A stretch of 50,465 nt of DNA from Candidatus Bipolaricaulota bacterium (lineage in GTDB: Bacteria; Bipolaricaulota; Bipolaricaulia; UBA7950; UBA9294). Below the pieces are notes generated by a model. The model did no database searches and was not told the DNA's origin. It saw only the letters and a program-made list of their open reading frames with translations. Numbering within the stretch: position 1 is the stretch's first letter; every line of letters begins with the position of its first letter. Both the position numbers and the translations under genes were made by a program. The stretch lies in assembly GCA_034715975.1 (NCBI GenBank), contig JAYEFP010000031.1:1-50465 (forward strand), given 5' to 3'. Below, one piece after another: positions 1 through 8,899 of this stretch.

Positions 1-57
1 AAGCGTCCCATTTACATACCAAGGGATCAGTTCTCGTACCTGTTTGCAATCGATCAT
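1..57 (-). CDS. anti-sigma factor, N-terminal fragment (gene continues beyond window start)
   Basis: Minus-strand ATG at 57 overlaps the sigma-factor stop (ATGA, 54-57). It translates to MIDCKQVRELIPWYVNGTL, the usual N-terminus of zinc-finger (zf-HC2 type) anti-sigma factors that follow ECF sigma genes. Confidence 0.5.
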   Translation of the reverse strand, partial: MIDCKQVRELIPWYVNGTL

Positions 58-564
58 GTTAGTGCCTCCGCGAGCTTCTTCTTCGCATGATACATGCGCG
101 ACTTTACCGTCCCCTCGGGTATTTCACGTAGATGCGCGAGGGTCTTGTAGGGAAGGTTTTCGTAGAACGTGAGAAATACGATCTCGCGCTGATCGCTAGG
201 CAAGCCACTGATTGCTGTCACAACTCGCTCTTGCCGCTCAATTGCCGGAGCTGGATCGTCCGTCCATAAGGGAAGTCACTTCAGTTGCACGCGCTCCCTT
301 CTTCTCGCTACGGAGGATGTCGTAGGCCTTGTGACGGGCGATCCCGAAGATCCATGTAGAGACGCGCGCACGGCCAGAATATGTACCTGCTTTGCTCCAC
401 ACCGTGGTCATCGTCTCCTGCACAACCTCCTCTGTCAGGTGTTGATCCCGTAGCAGCGTGAGTGCGTAGCGGAAGACCCGTTCAGCAAATTCCTCGTACA
501 GCAGCTGAAACGATGATTCGTCCCCGCGGGCAACCATTGCCAGCAGATTGCGTTCGTGAGCCAA
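54..564 (-). pseudogene. ECF-type sigma-70 family RNA polymerase sigma factor, reading frame split in two
   Basis: The 238-564 ORF (TTG start, GGGAGG SD) encodes sigma region 2 (FQLLYEEFAERVFRYA..., VQETMTTVWSK, STWIFGIARHKAYDILR). Region 4 (LPSDQREIVFLTFYENLPYKTLAHLREIPEGTVKSRMYHAKKKL) is in a different frame, open from 275 down to the stop at 54-56. The two frames overlap only at 241-275. Confidence 0.7.
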
Positions 565-573
565 TTGACCTCC

Positions 574-747
574 CTAGCGCAGTGCATCGGCCAACCGTCT
601 TTGCCGGCGCTTTGCAACATCACGCTGTTCGATGACCGGTCTCTTCTTGCGCTTACCAGTGGGAACGGTGTGTTCCGTGATACGAAGAAGGTACCGATAT
701 CGCATGAGCGCTTGATCGGCATCAATTCTACCACATAGCTTCATCAT
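574..747 (-). CDS. small basic hypothetical protein (57 aa)
   Basis: ATGATG at 747 is preceded by AAGGAGGG. Its stop sits just before the SD of the sigma gene. I recognise no family. The longer 172-aa track ORF overlaps the ArsR gene and looks spurious upstream of this start. Confidence 0.3.
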   Translation of the reverse strand: MMKLCGRIDADQALMRYRYLLRITEHTVPTGKRKKRPVIEQRDVAKRRQRRLADALR

Positions 748-820
748 TCCCTCCTTGGTTATCACAAGTAAGTAGCCGTTGACGGCAAAAAGGTTCAATC
801 GGTAAGGAGTGAGTTGTGGA

Positions 821-1132
821 TCAGTGAGGCAGGATTGGGGAGGAGCCGGAATCGCGTCCGGCAAGCTCGGAGGCCAGTTCGAGAAACTCTTGCATCTGTG
901 GCAATCGTAACGAGTAGAAAACCTGCTTCCATTCGTGGCGGCGATCGAGGTAGCCACGGTCATAGAGGATGCGCAGGTGAGAAGAGACGTGCGCCGGGGG
1001 TAGGCCCACCGTTTGGGCGATCTCGGTAACATTCTTCTCTCCTGCAAAGAGAGCACACAGGATGTTAACGCGATAGGGGTTGGATAGGACACCGATGAAT
1101 TCCGATATCGATAGGCAGGTCTCTTCGTTCAC
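821..1132 (-). CDS. ArsR/SmtB-family winged-helix transcriptional regulator
   Basis: 103 aa. LSNPYRVNILCALFAGEKNVTEIAQTVGLPPAHVSSHLRILYDRGYL is the typical ArsR HTH core. Confidence 0.8.
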   Translation of the reverse strand: MNEETCLSISEFIGVLSNPYRVNILCALFAGEKNVTEIAQTVGLPPAHVSSHLRILYDRGYLDRRHEWKQVFYSLRLPQMQEFLELASELAGRDSGSSPILPH

Positions 1133-1180
1133 GTTGCCTCCATGTTCAACGGCGCTAGCACTGGTTGTATATGCCGTCAG

Positions 1181-1209
1181 TTGACAAGATCATAAGATTA
1201 TACTATTGT
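1181..1209 (+). promoter_or_regulatory. candidate sigma-70 promoter for the 1255 gene
   Basis: TTGACA (1181-1186), 17-nt spacer, TATTGT (1204-1209). The ATG at 1255 is preceded by AAGGGGAG. Confidence 0.4.
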
Positions 1210-1254
1210 ACGATGACAGTGTAACAGAATCTTCTAACGAGTGTAAGGGGAGCG

Positions 1255-1929
1255 ATGAGTAATAAGCAGAAAAATGAGAATAGCCGTTGGTTAATGGTTC
1301 TTGTAGTTGTCGTCTCGGTGGCGGTTGTGGGCGTGATAGCGTGGAGCGTGGTCACTCGCCGAGCGTCACCTCCGCAAGGGGCGCAGACTGTGGAGGGGAT
1401 AACGAACGAGCTTTCATCTGCACCAGCGAGTAGCGAGACTCCACTAAGTAGTGTCCGCGCGTCGACACCGGAAGAGCCCGTATTGCCTCCGACTGCTCCG
1501 GTTGGCACGTCGGTTGGGCAGTCGGCGCCCGACTTCACGCTTGACGACCTTAACGGCGAGAGAGTCTCTCTGCATCAGTTTCGTGGACACGTCGTTATTC
1601 TCGACTTCTGGGCGAGTTGGTGCGCTCCTTGTCGTTCCTCGATGCCGACGTTGGAGAAGTTCGCCGCTGAGTACCATGACAAGGGGCTGGTGTTGATTGG
1701 AGTGAGCCTCGATCGGAGTGCAAGCGATGCCAGTTCCTTCCTCGATGAGAACGATTACGACAGCTTGATCGCGCTGTGGGAGTCCGTCAGTGCGTCACAG
1801 GGAGTGGCGAGAACGTATGGAGTAAGCGCGATTCCGCATACGTTCGTCATCGATGCGGATGGGATCATTCGCTTTGTCGATCACCCGATGCGGCTGAGCG
1901 AGTCGGCTCTTGACAAGCTCTTTCAGTAG
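1255..1929 (+). CDS. membrane-anchored TlpA/ResA-like thiol-disulfide oxidoreductase (thioredoxin fold)
   Basis: N-terminal TM helix, then APDFTLDDLNGERVSL...VILDFWASWCAPCRSSMP with a WCxxC redox motif. Confidence 0.85.
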   Translation: MSNKQKNENSRWLMVLVVVVSVAVVGVIAWSVVTRRASPPQGAQTVEGITNELSSAPASSETPLSSVRASTPEEPVLPPTAPVGTSVGQSAPDFTLDDLNGERVSLHQFRGHVVILDFWASWCAPCRSSMPTLEKFAAEYHDKGLVLIGVSLDRSASDASSFLDENDYDSLIALWESVSASQGVARTYGVSAIPHTFVIDADGIIRFVDHPMRLSESALDKLFQ

Positions 1930-2010
1930 CTGTAGTTTGTGTGTTCCTTTCTGCTATAATCACCGAGTGGACCGCGAAACGGTCCCGCATATCTTGTCGG
2001 GAGGAGATGT

Positions 2011-3507
2011 ATGTTGAGCACACTTGTCGCGTACAAGGAACACCTGCGTGAAATCGGGAAGCTGGAGTCGGCGCTTGCTCTCTTGCAGTGGGATCAACGC
2101 ACCAATCTGCCGCGTAAGGGTCATGCCGCGCGCGCCGAGGTGGTCGGGAAGCTGACAAAGATGGTCTTCGAGCTCTCTGTTTCAGATAAGCTAGGAGAAT
2201 ATCTGGATGATCTGCAGGGGCGGGAGGGATTGACCGACGTGGAACGCGCAAGCGTGCGCGCCGTTGGGAAGTCCTACCGACGGCATAAAGCGATCCCGCC
2301 AGCCTTCTACGAGGAGTACGCCATTGCCGCTGCGCGCTCCGAGTCGGCGTGGGAGGACGCGAAGGAGAAGTCGAATTTCAGCCTCTTCCAACCTCACCTT
2401 GCACGCATGGTCAACTACGCGCGCAAGTTCGCTGAGTACTACGGATATGAAGACTCACCGTACGATGCGCTGATCGAGGAGTACGAGCCGGGGATGACGA
2501 GTGCAGAGCTGACGACAATCATCGAACCACTGCGAAGCGAACTCGTGCCGTTCATCAAACGCCTGTTGCAGGATGGGAAATGCCCTGACAATACATTCAT
2601 GCAAGGGGCGTTCCCCGAAGAGATGCAGCGAACACTTTCCTTGAGAGCGCTCACTGCGATGGGGTACGACTTCGATGCCGGCAGGCTGGATCAGACCGTG
2701 CACCCGTTCACCACCAGTATTGGCCCGTCCGACGTACGAGTGACGACTCGCTTCCTTCCCCATGATATCCTCTCCGGATTGGCAAGTTCCATGCACGAGG
2801 GTGGGCACGCCCTCTACGATCAGGGGATACGCGATGATCTTCGTTGGAGCGGGCTCGATCAAGGGTCGTCGTACGGGATACACGAGTCGCAATCGCGAAT
2901 GTGGGAGAATCTCGTTGGTCGCAGCCGTGCGTTCTGGAAGTTCTTTGCACCGATCGCCAGAGAGGTAGTGCCGCAGCTTGCCTCGATCTCTGTTGAAGAC
3001 CTGTACCGTGCGGCGAACATCGCGGAGCCATCTCTCATTCGCGTTGAGGCCGACGAGGTCACGTACAACCTGCACATCATGTTGCGCTTCGAGCTAGAGG
3101 AGGGGCTGATCACCGGAAGTATAGATACCGCTGATCTGCCAGAGCTGTGGCGCGATGCCATGCAGCGCTACCTCGGTGTCGTTCCTGAGGACGACGTACA
3201 CGGGGTACTCCAAGACGTGCACTGGTCTGCCGGCTTGTTTGGGTACTTCCCCTCTTATATGCTTGGAAACCTGTATAGCGCACAGTTCTTTGCCGCAGCG
3301 CGTAAGGAGATCGCAGATCTCGATGCGAAGATTGCCGAGGGAAGGCTCTCAGAATTGCTGGCTTGGCTGCGTGAGAATATCCACCAGTACGGAAAGATGT
3401 ACGAGCCGAAGGAGCTGATCGAGCGCGTCACCGGCCAAGCACCGGACTCTTCTTACTTTGTGCGCTACATCGTGGACAAGTACACCGAGATCTACGCCTT
3501 GCGTTAG
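2011..3507 (+). CDS. M32 carboxypeptidase (carboxypeptidase Taq family)
   Basis: 498 aa with HPFTTSIGPSDVRVTTRF, HEGGHALYDQG (HExxH), HESQSRMWEN and DVHWSAGLFGYFPSY. Confidence 0.9.
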   Translation: MLSTLVAYKEHLREIGKLESALALLQWDQRTNLPRKGHAARAEVVGKLTKMVFELSVSDKLGEYLDDLQGREGLTDVERASVRAVGKSYRRHKAIPPAFYEEYAIAAARSESAWEDAKEKSNFSLFQPHLARMVNYARKFAEYYGYEDSPYDALIEEYEPGMTSAELTTIIEPLRSELVPFIKRLLQDGKCPDNTFMQGAFPEEMQRTLSLRALTAMGYDFDAGRLDQTVHPFTTSIGPSDVRVTTRFLPHDILSGLASSMHEGGHALYDQGIRDDLRWSGLDQGSSYGIHESQSRMWENLVGRSRAFWKFFAPIAREVVPQLASISVEDLYRAANIAEPSLIRVEADEVTYNLHIMLRFELEEGLITGSIDTADLPELWRDAMQRYLGVVPEDDVHGVLQDVHWSAGLFGYFPSYMLGNLYSAQFFAAARKEIADLDAKIAEGRLSELLAWLRENIHQYGKMYEPKELIERVTGQAPDSSYFVRYIVDKYTEIYALR

Positions 3508-3524
3508 CATCCTCTATGTGGAAA

Positions 3525-3564
3525 GCAGTCAGCCTCTAGCTCCAAGAGCATTCAGGCTGACTGC
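3525..3564. terminator. hairpin between convergent genes
   Basis: GCAGTCAGCCT (3525-3535) pairs perfectly with AGGCTGACTGC (3554-3564). It lies between the stops at 3507 (+) and 3579 (-). There is no clear T-run. Confidence 0.45.
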
Positions 3565-3578
3565 TGAAAGCTGATTGC

Positions 3579-4208
3579 TTAGGATCGTCGCCTACGCCGA
3601 TGCGTTGGGCGGCGTTCTTTTCTCTTGGCCGGGCTCAGCTCTGGAATCGGGGGTGCAGCTGCCATTGCCGCGAGGGCGTCGTGGATTGTCTCCAGTTGGT
3701 AGTCGCGCGTGTCGCGAGTTACGGGGATCGTGTCGAAGACCTTTGCCCTGACGCGCAAGGCAAAACGCTCCATCATCGTTAGGCATGAGAGCGTCCCGTG
3801 TCCGGTCCCACCTGCAGCGGCGACGAGCACTGCCGGTTTGTCGGCGAGGATGCTCTTTTCTCCCGCACTATTGTCCTTCGTTGCTTCACAGCGGCGCAGT
3901 CGATCAATCATCGCTTTCATCGGTTCGCTCGGTTCGCCAAAGTAGACGGGTGTAACAAATACGTACCCCTCAGCCTGCTCGATCGTCTTCTGTAGTTTTT
4001 GGAAATCGTCCCGCAATTGGCAATGGTGCTTAGTGTGGCAGGTTCCCCAGCCATCATTATGCACGGCGCAGCGGGAAATGCTCAGTTCATTTAGGTTGAC
4101 TACCCGAGCTGGGCTACGGCTGTCGATCACTCCCTGACGGGCCGCCTCTCCACATGCGGATGTAAGGCCGTTGTCGTTTGGACTGCTTGTGATTATCAGA
4201 ATCTTCAT
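3579..4208 (-). CDS. flavodoxin-like fold protein (NADPH-dependent FMN reductase / iron-sulfur flavoprotein-like)
   Basis: MKILIITSSPNDNGLTS start and FVTPVYFGEPSEPMKAMIDR core. It has an unusual Arg-rich C-terminal tail (RRPTHRRRRRS). Confidence 0.65.
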   Translation of the reverse strand: MKILIITSSPNDNGLTSACGEAARQGVIDSRSPARVVNLNELSISRCAVHNDGWGTCHTKHHCQLRDDFQKLQKTIEQAEGYVFVTPVYFGEPSEPMKAMIDRLRRCEATKDNSAGEKSILADKPAVLVAAAGGTGHGTLSCLTMMERFALRVRAKVFDTIPVTRDTRDYQLETIHDALAAMAAAPPIPELSPAKRKERRPTHRRRRRS

Positions 4209-4255
4209 ACTTCTCCTCTTTATGGAAAGAATGTTCTAGAAAAGATTGTTTCCTT

Positions 4256-5641
4256 CTACGTGCGGGTGACCTGCTCGAAGCGAGCAATGAAATGCCGCAA
4301 TGGGCCTGAGCCTTCTGTGATTCTATATCCTGGCAGATTCTCCTTCATTGAGGCGATCTGCGTCATGCCATCGACGACAGCGTCGAGGTGAGCGCGCGTG
4401 TACATGCGGCGCGGAATCGCCAGTCGCACGAGCTCCATCTTGGGGTAGACTACATGCCCCTCATCGTCTGGATGAGCGAACATCACGCTTCCTACCTCTA
4501 CGGTGCGCACTCCTGCTTGCTCGTACAGTGCGACAACAATGGACAGTGCCGGGAACTGCGATTGGGAAAATCCGGGCAGAAGGCCGAGAGCATCGATGTA
4601 CACAGCGTGTCCGCCTATCGGCTCAATGATAGGGATACCTTGTCTTATCAGGCTCTTTCCCAGGTAACGCACCTGTCCAATCCGATCGCGCAGATAGTCA
4701 AGATCGAGTGCCTCGCGCAGACCGACGGCGATGGCGTCGAGGTCACGACCCGCGAGGCCGCCATAAGTGGGAAACCCCTCCATCAGAATCAGCCGTTCGC
4801 GCGTGGCGGCGAAGATCTCCTCGTCGTTCATCGCGAGGATACCACCGATGTTTGCCAGGCCATCCTTCTTCGCGCTCATGGTCATTCCATCCGCCAAGGA
4901 GAAGATCTCGCGCGCGATCTCAATCGGTTCCTTCTGTGCATATCCTTCCTCGCGCTCACGGATGAAGAACGCGTTCTCTGCGTAACGACAGGCGTCGATG
5001 AAGAACGGGATGTTGTGTGCGTGGGCGATCTTGCTCACCGCGCGGATATTCTCTACAGAGACGGGCTCCCCTCCTCCGCTGTTGTTGGTTATCGTGATCA
5101 TGGTGAGTGGGATACGGTCTCTTCCCACCTTATCGATCAGTGCAGTGAGCTTATCCGTGTCCATGTTTCCCTTGAACGGGAGGTCGAGTTGGGGATCGTA
5201 CGCCTCATCGATCACGAGATCGACGGGCTCTCCGCCGTTGGCGATGATGTTCGCGCGGGTGGTGTCAAAGTGCATGTTGTTGGGGATGATGTCCCCTGGC
5301 TTTACGACGCTCGAGAAGAGGACATTCTCCGCGGCGCGCCCCTGGTGCGTGGGGAGGATGTGCGAGAAGCCGAAGATGTCGCGCGTTGCCTCTTGAAAGC
5401 GAGCGTAGCTACGGCTTCCAGCGTAGGATTCATCTCCAAGGAACATCGCAGCCCACTGTGCCTGACTCATCGCGCCGGTTCCCGAGTCGGTCAGCAAGTC
5501 GACGTAGATGTCACCTGCGTTCAGGTTGAATACGTTGTATCCGGCAGCACGGATCCGTTCCACACGTTGCGCAAGCGTGGGAACAGTGATTGGTTCCACC
5601 ATCTTGATACGATACGGTTTGTAGGTTCCCCCTCGTTCCAC
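4256..5641 (-). CDS. PLP-dependent beta-eliminating lyase (tryptophanase / tyrosine phenol-lyase family)
   Basis: 461 aa with [32 protein letters not shown]-lysine context [13 protein letters not shown], and [10 protein letters not shown]. Confidence 0.9.
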   Translation of the reverse strand: MERGGTYKPYRIKMVEPITVPTLAQRVERIRAAGYNVFNLNAGDIYVDLLTDSGTGAMSQAQWAAMFLGDESYAGSRSYARFQEATRDIFGFSHILPTHQGRAAENVLFSSVVKPGDIIPNNMHFDTTRANIIANGGEPVDLVIDEAYDPQLDLPFKGNMDTDKLTALIDKVGRDRIPLTMITITNNSGGGEPVSVENIRAVSKIAHAHNIPFFIDACRYAENAFFIREREEGYAQKEPIEIAREIFSLADGMTMSAKKDGLANIGGILAMNDEEIFAATRERLILMEGFPTYGGLAGRDLDAIAVGLREALDLDYLRDRIGQVRYLGKSLIRQGIPIIEPIGGHAVYIDALGLLPGFSQSQFPALSIVVALYEQAGVRTVEVGSVMFAHPDDEGHVVYPKMELVRLAIPRRMYTRAHLDAVVDGMTQIASMKENLPGYRITEGSGPLRHFIARFEQVTRT

Positions 5642-5656
5642 CCAGTGCCTCCTTAG

Positions 5657-6136
5657 TTAAAAGTAAAAATGAATCCCTGTGCCGAGTGCCATTGTAAAGT
5701 CTCCAGTGCTTGACATAGTTGCGCCAAACTCCAGGTTCCATGCCAGATTCTTGGCAAACGCGAAGTTGAACTCAATCCCTCCCGCAGCGGAGAAGATGGC
5801 CGGCTCCCCTCCGTAGGCGGAAAACGGAAATGTTGCCCCGCCGGCGACGTAGAAATCAACCGTCGGTGTGTCGCTCAGCTTGTACAATATGCGCCCGGTA
5901 AAGACACCGGAGTAGTCATTGCTCTCTCCCCAGGCAAAAACGATGCCTTCCACTCCGACGCTGTCGTTGAACCAATAGCGGCCGCTCACTAGGCCGCCCC
6001 ACGGGAAACCGATCTGCATCCCGATTCCTATAGTTCGACTATTTGAGAGATTTTCGTCTTGGGCCTGTGCCAAAGTGGCCACGGATACCGAGAAGATGAC
6101 AAATACGATAGTGATTGCAACGGTTGCGGTACGCAT
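5657..6136 (-). CDS. small outer-membrane beta-barrel protein
   Basis: Signal peptide ending ATLAQAQ, alternating Gly/aromatic beta-strand pattern, and C-terminal aromatic residues (...GTGIHFYF). Confidence 0.55.
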   Translation of the reverse strand: MRTATVAITIVFVIFSVSVATLAQAQDENLSNSRTIGIGMQIGFPWGGLVSGRYWFNDSVGVEGIVFAWGESNDYSGVFTGRILYKLSDTPTVDFYVAGGATFPFSAYGGEPAIFSAAGGIEFNFAFAKNLAWNLEFGATMSSTGDFTMALGTGIHFYF

Positions 6137-6271
6137 GTCTTCCTCCTCTTGTTGACGTTGATATTAGTGGAAAGAGAGAATGGCGACAACCAAATGAAGA
6201 GCTTTACCATTTGACTCGCGAGGTGCTTAAAAGTTAAATGGTGCTGCAAGTCTAGTATTGGGAGGAGAGCA

Positions 6272-7117
6272 ATGCACGAGGCGATAGATCGAGTCATTGA
6301 GGCAGGCGAGCTGGAGAAGCTATCTTCTGTGCTTCAGGGGGCTGGGATGCCGGATGTCCACTACGCAGTGAAAAGGATTGCGCGCATGAGCGCTGACGAT
6401 GAGCCGCTGTTGCGTGTTGCGGAGCGGTTCGCTTCCTGCGGAGAGGCGGAGTCGCGTCACGTTGCTTGTGGGCTAATCGCCGAAGGCTATCTCCAGGATC
6501 CAGCGAAGTCGGTTGAGCTACTCTATGGGCTTGTCGACGATCCCGATTGGACTGTGCGCGAATCGGCGGGGGCGGCGTGCGGAAGAGCGTTCCGAAATGA
6601 CTTTGATGGAATGAGTGAAACGCTACGCGAATGGCGAGGTGACCCGTCGGGCAACGTGCGTAGAGCAGTCATCATTGCGGTGATTAAGGCGGCGCAGTCG
6701 CGAACCCCGGGTTGGGGAGAACCGCTCTTGAAACTCATTGAGCCGCTCCTCGTTGACAAAGCAAAGGTGGTGAGGAGGAACCTCGGGCCATTCGCCCTGG
6801 GAAGCGCGATGCTCGGCCACTATCCGAGCATTACCTTCGAGTATCTGGTGAAGTGGTCGACGATGTCTGACGAACAAACGCTGTGGAACGTGGCGATGGC
6901 ATTCTCAGCTTCAGCGGCGCCCTCGCTTGCAAAGCGAGCGCTGATCGTACTGCGCAAACTCTCCCTCGACGAGCGGCGGTACGTTTGGCGGGCTGTTGCC
7001 GCTGCGATGTGGAAGCTAGGGCGGAAGAAGCCGGAGATAGTTCGTCCCGAACTCGCTTACTGGCTGGAAGATGAGCGCCGCGTTCACGTGGCGCGTGAGG
7101 CGCTCAGGTTTCTATAG
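6272..7117 (+). CDS. HEAT-repeat protein, DNA-alkylation-repair (AlkD-like) family candidate
   Basis: Repeated helical units with DPDWTVRESAG, SGNVRRAVI and KVVRRNLG. The assignment rests on pattern resemblance only. Confidence 0.5.
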   Translation: MHEAIDRVIEAGELEKLSSVLQGAGMPDVHYAVKRIARMSADDEPLLRVAERFASCGEAESRHVACGLIAEGYLQDPAKSVELLYGLVDDPDWTVRESAGAACGRAFRNDFDGMSETLREWRGDPSGNVRRAVIIAVIKAAQSRTPGWGEPLLKLIEPLLVDKAKVVRRNLGPFALGSAMLGHYPSITFEYLVKWSTMSDEQTLWNVAMAFSASAAPSLAKRALIVLRKLSLDERRYVWRAVAAAMWKLGRKKPEIVRPELAYWLEDERRVHVAREALRFL

Positions 7118-7477
7118 GGGGGGTGGAGCAGTAATGTGTAATGAGTGACGGGTGATGCGAAAGGACAGAAACATCCTCATTACAGAGACGCGGAGCTTGG
7201 AACACCGAAGTGGGAACGAGAAGCGGGGAAGGCTGAAAGCCAATAGTTGACGGCTGCTTGAACGAGTTGGCGCGAGGAGTACTCTCTGTCTCTTCAGAGA
7301 CGTGAAGGCGTGATGTGCGAGGAGACCAAGCGGTCGTAAGTGATGTTGTAGGCTGATTACTGAGAGCTAAGATCGTGCCTTGAGTGAGCGACAGCGAGCG
7401 GGCGAGAGAAGAGTTTCGTCTCTTGCTGAGATGTAGAGGTCGTTGAGCAAAGAGCAAGACGAGGGTGCGAGCTGTCG

Positions 7478-8683
7478 TTAGGCTTCTTCCCTCTTAGCGT
7501 CGTGGTAGAACATGGCGAGGAACGCGGCGGCTAGGGGAATGAGAGCCATCCATGTCATTACGCTGATTAAACCATAGCGATCGGCGAGGAAGCCCACGGG
7601 CATTAGTGTGAGTCCTGCTACTCCCCACGCCATCCCCATCACCACACCAGAAACGAGGCCAGACTTTCCGGGGAGGATCTCCTGTGCCGCCACGATGCCA
7701 ACGGGCGTTGAGGAGAAGAGAAACAGCCCGGCCAAGGCAAGTGATGGAAGCATAGACCAAGTGGGGCCGTGGAGGAAGATAAGCAGGAACGGAGCGGCGA
7801 GAAGAATGGTAGTGAATATAACCACCTTGCGTCCGAACCGATCGGAAATCCTGCCCGCTATCAGTCCCCCCAGCGCTCCTGCGAGGAGGAATATCGAGAT
7901 CGCTGCCCCACCGATAAGATGCGATCCTCCCTTCTCGGTCACGAGAACAGCGAGGAAGTTGGAGAAAGCCACCCCCGCCATTCCTCGCAAGACGATGATC
8001 CCCCATAGCACAGTAAGTGGACGTGGAATGTTCTTGATCCGCATTCTCTCCTGTGAGCGCTTCTTCCTGATTGGAAGATTGCGTTGCAGAAATATCGCAA
8101 AGACAAGGACTATTGTTAGCCCGGGGATGGTGAGAAATGGTGTCCGCGTGGTCCCGAACGCAGCGACGAATGGAATGATCAAGACTGGTGCGGCAGCAGC
8201 CCCCATCGTTCCGCCGGCGGAGAAGAAAGCCATCATGAGGCCGCGATTTGCCGCGGCCTTTGCTCCTCCGACAAGGGCAGCGGCCGCGGGGTGGAAGAGA
8301 GCCGTGCCGATTCCACCAACGATCAACACGAGGAACAACTGAGTGGATGTCGTCACCGTGCCGATCAACGACATTGCACAGATGGTCAACACCGGCGCGA
8401 GTGCCACGAGGAGCGGTCGCGTCATCCGATCGACGATCTGTCCGAATACCGGCTGCGTGAATGAGTTGATCAGAATGCGGGTGGTCCCCATAATCCCGGC
8501 CATAGCCAGAGACAGATCGAGTCTGTCTATCAGCAGAGGAAGGAGCGGGGCGAATACGTTTCCATACCCGTCGTTGATAAAGTGTCCAAGAAAGAGGAGG
8601 CCTGTTCGCCTCCATGCTCTGCGCTGCGGTTCTTCACTCATGAGAGCGGGATCATAACGCGCGCTACGGTAACAATGCAACAT
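7478..8683 (-). CDS. MFS transporter
   Basis: About 12 predicted TM segments. GHFINDGY...PLLPLL start and RISDRFGRK loop motif. The start could instead be the ATG for MSEEPQ 14 codons downstream. Confidence 0.85.
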   Translation of the reverse strand: MLHCYRSARYDPALMSEEPQRRAWRRTGLLFLGHFINDGYGNVFAPLLPLLIDRLDLSLAMAGIMGTTRILINSFTQPVFGQIVDRMTRPLLVALAPVLTICAMSLIGTVTTSTQLFLVLIVGGIGTALFHPAAAALVGGAKAAANRGLMMAFFSAGGTMGAAAAPVLIIPFVAAFGTTRTPFLTIPGLTIVLVFAIFLQRNLPIRKKRSQERMRIKNIPRPLTVLWGIIVLRGMAGVAFSNFLAVLVTEKGGSHLIGGAAISIFLLAGALGGLIAGRISDRFGRKVVIFTTILLAAPFLLIFLHGPTWSMLPSLALAGLFLFSSTPVGIVAAQEILPGKSGLVSGVVMGMAWGVAGLTLMPVGFLADRYGLISVMTWMALIPLAAAFLAMFYHDAKREEA

Positions 8684-8709
8684 AGATGAGAAGACCTTAC
8701 ACAGGATGC

Positions 8710-8738
8710 TTGATTCTACTTGTTTGCGACGCTAAGAT
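8710..8738 (+). promoter_or_regulatory. candidate sigma-70 promoter for ileS
   Basis: TTGATT (8710-8715), 17-nt spacer, TAAGAT (8733-8738). This implies a leader of about 155 nt. An alternative is TTGTTT-17-TATATT ending at 8799. Confidence 0.35.
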
Positions 8739-8899
8739 GAGTTGTGATCCTTTTATGCCGACGATAAACGTTGTTTTCTTGCCACTTCTGATCTATATTA
8801 GCGTGCCCCGTTAGCGGGGCGTACCGCGGTTGTCCTTGTCGTTTATTCCTGCGTTTCCATAGTTTGTAGTCTAAGAGTGTCTGTGTGAAGGAGAGAGTG

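Noticed and set aside
4388-5656. A 422-aa ORF antisense to almost the entire tryptophanase/TPL-family gene. Similar long antisense or alternate-frame ORFs occur at 9710-10648, 38721-39491, 46145-46999 and 15962-16777.
   Set aside because: The sense genes have unmistakable family motifs. The antisense products are low-complexity (R/G/V/D-rich) with no SD or recognisable domains. Long stop-free antisense frames are expected in GC-biased coding DNA.
7104-7457. A 117-aa minus-strand ORF filling the purine-rich spacer.
   Set aside because: The sequence is low-complexity (S/T/L/P) with no SD and no family resemblance. It is more likely non-coding.
7494-8615. A 373-aa same-strand alternate-frame ORF inside the MFS gene, and a 194-aa one at 20097-20681 inside the membrane-protein gene.
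   Set aside because: Their composition is Arg/Pro/Gly-rich and typical of out-of-frame translation. The annotated frames give coherent TM proteins.
8794-8830. A T-box riboswitch upstream of ileS, suggested because TTAGCGGGGCGTACCGCGG resembles the T-box AANNNGGGTGGNACCGCG.
   Set aside because: The UGGN acceptor-pairing bulge is absent and a hairpin interrupts the motif. No Stem I, specifier or AGAGA elements are visible in the short leader. It is kept only as a low-interest leader finding.
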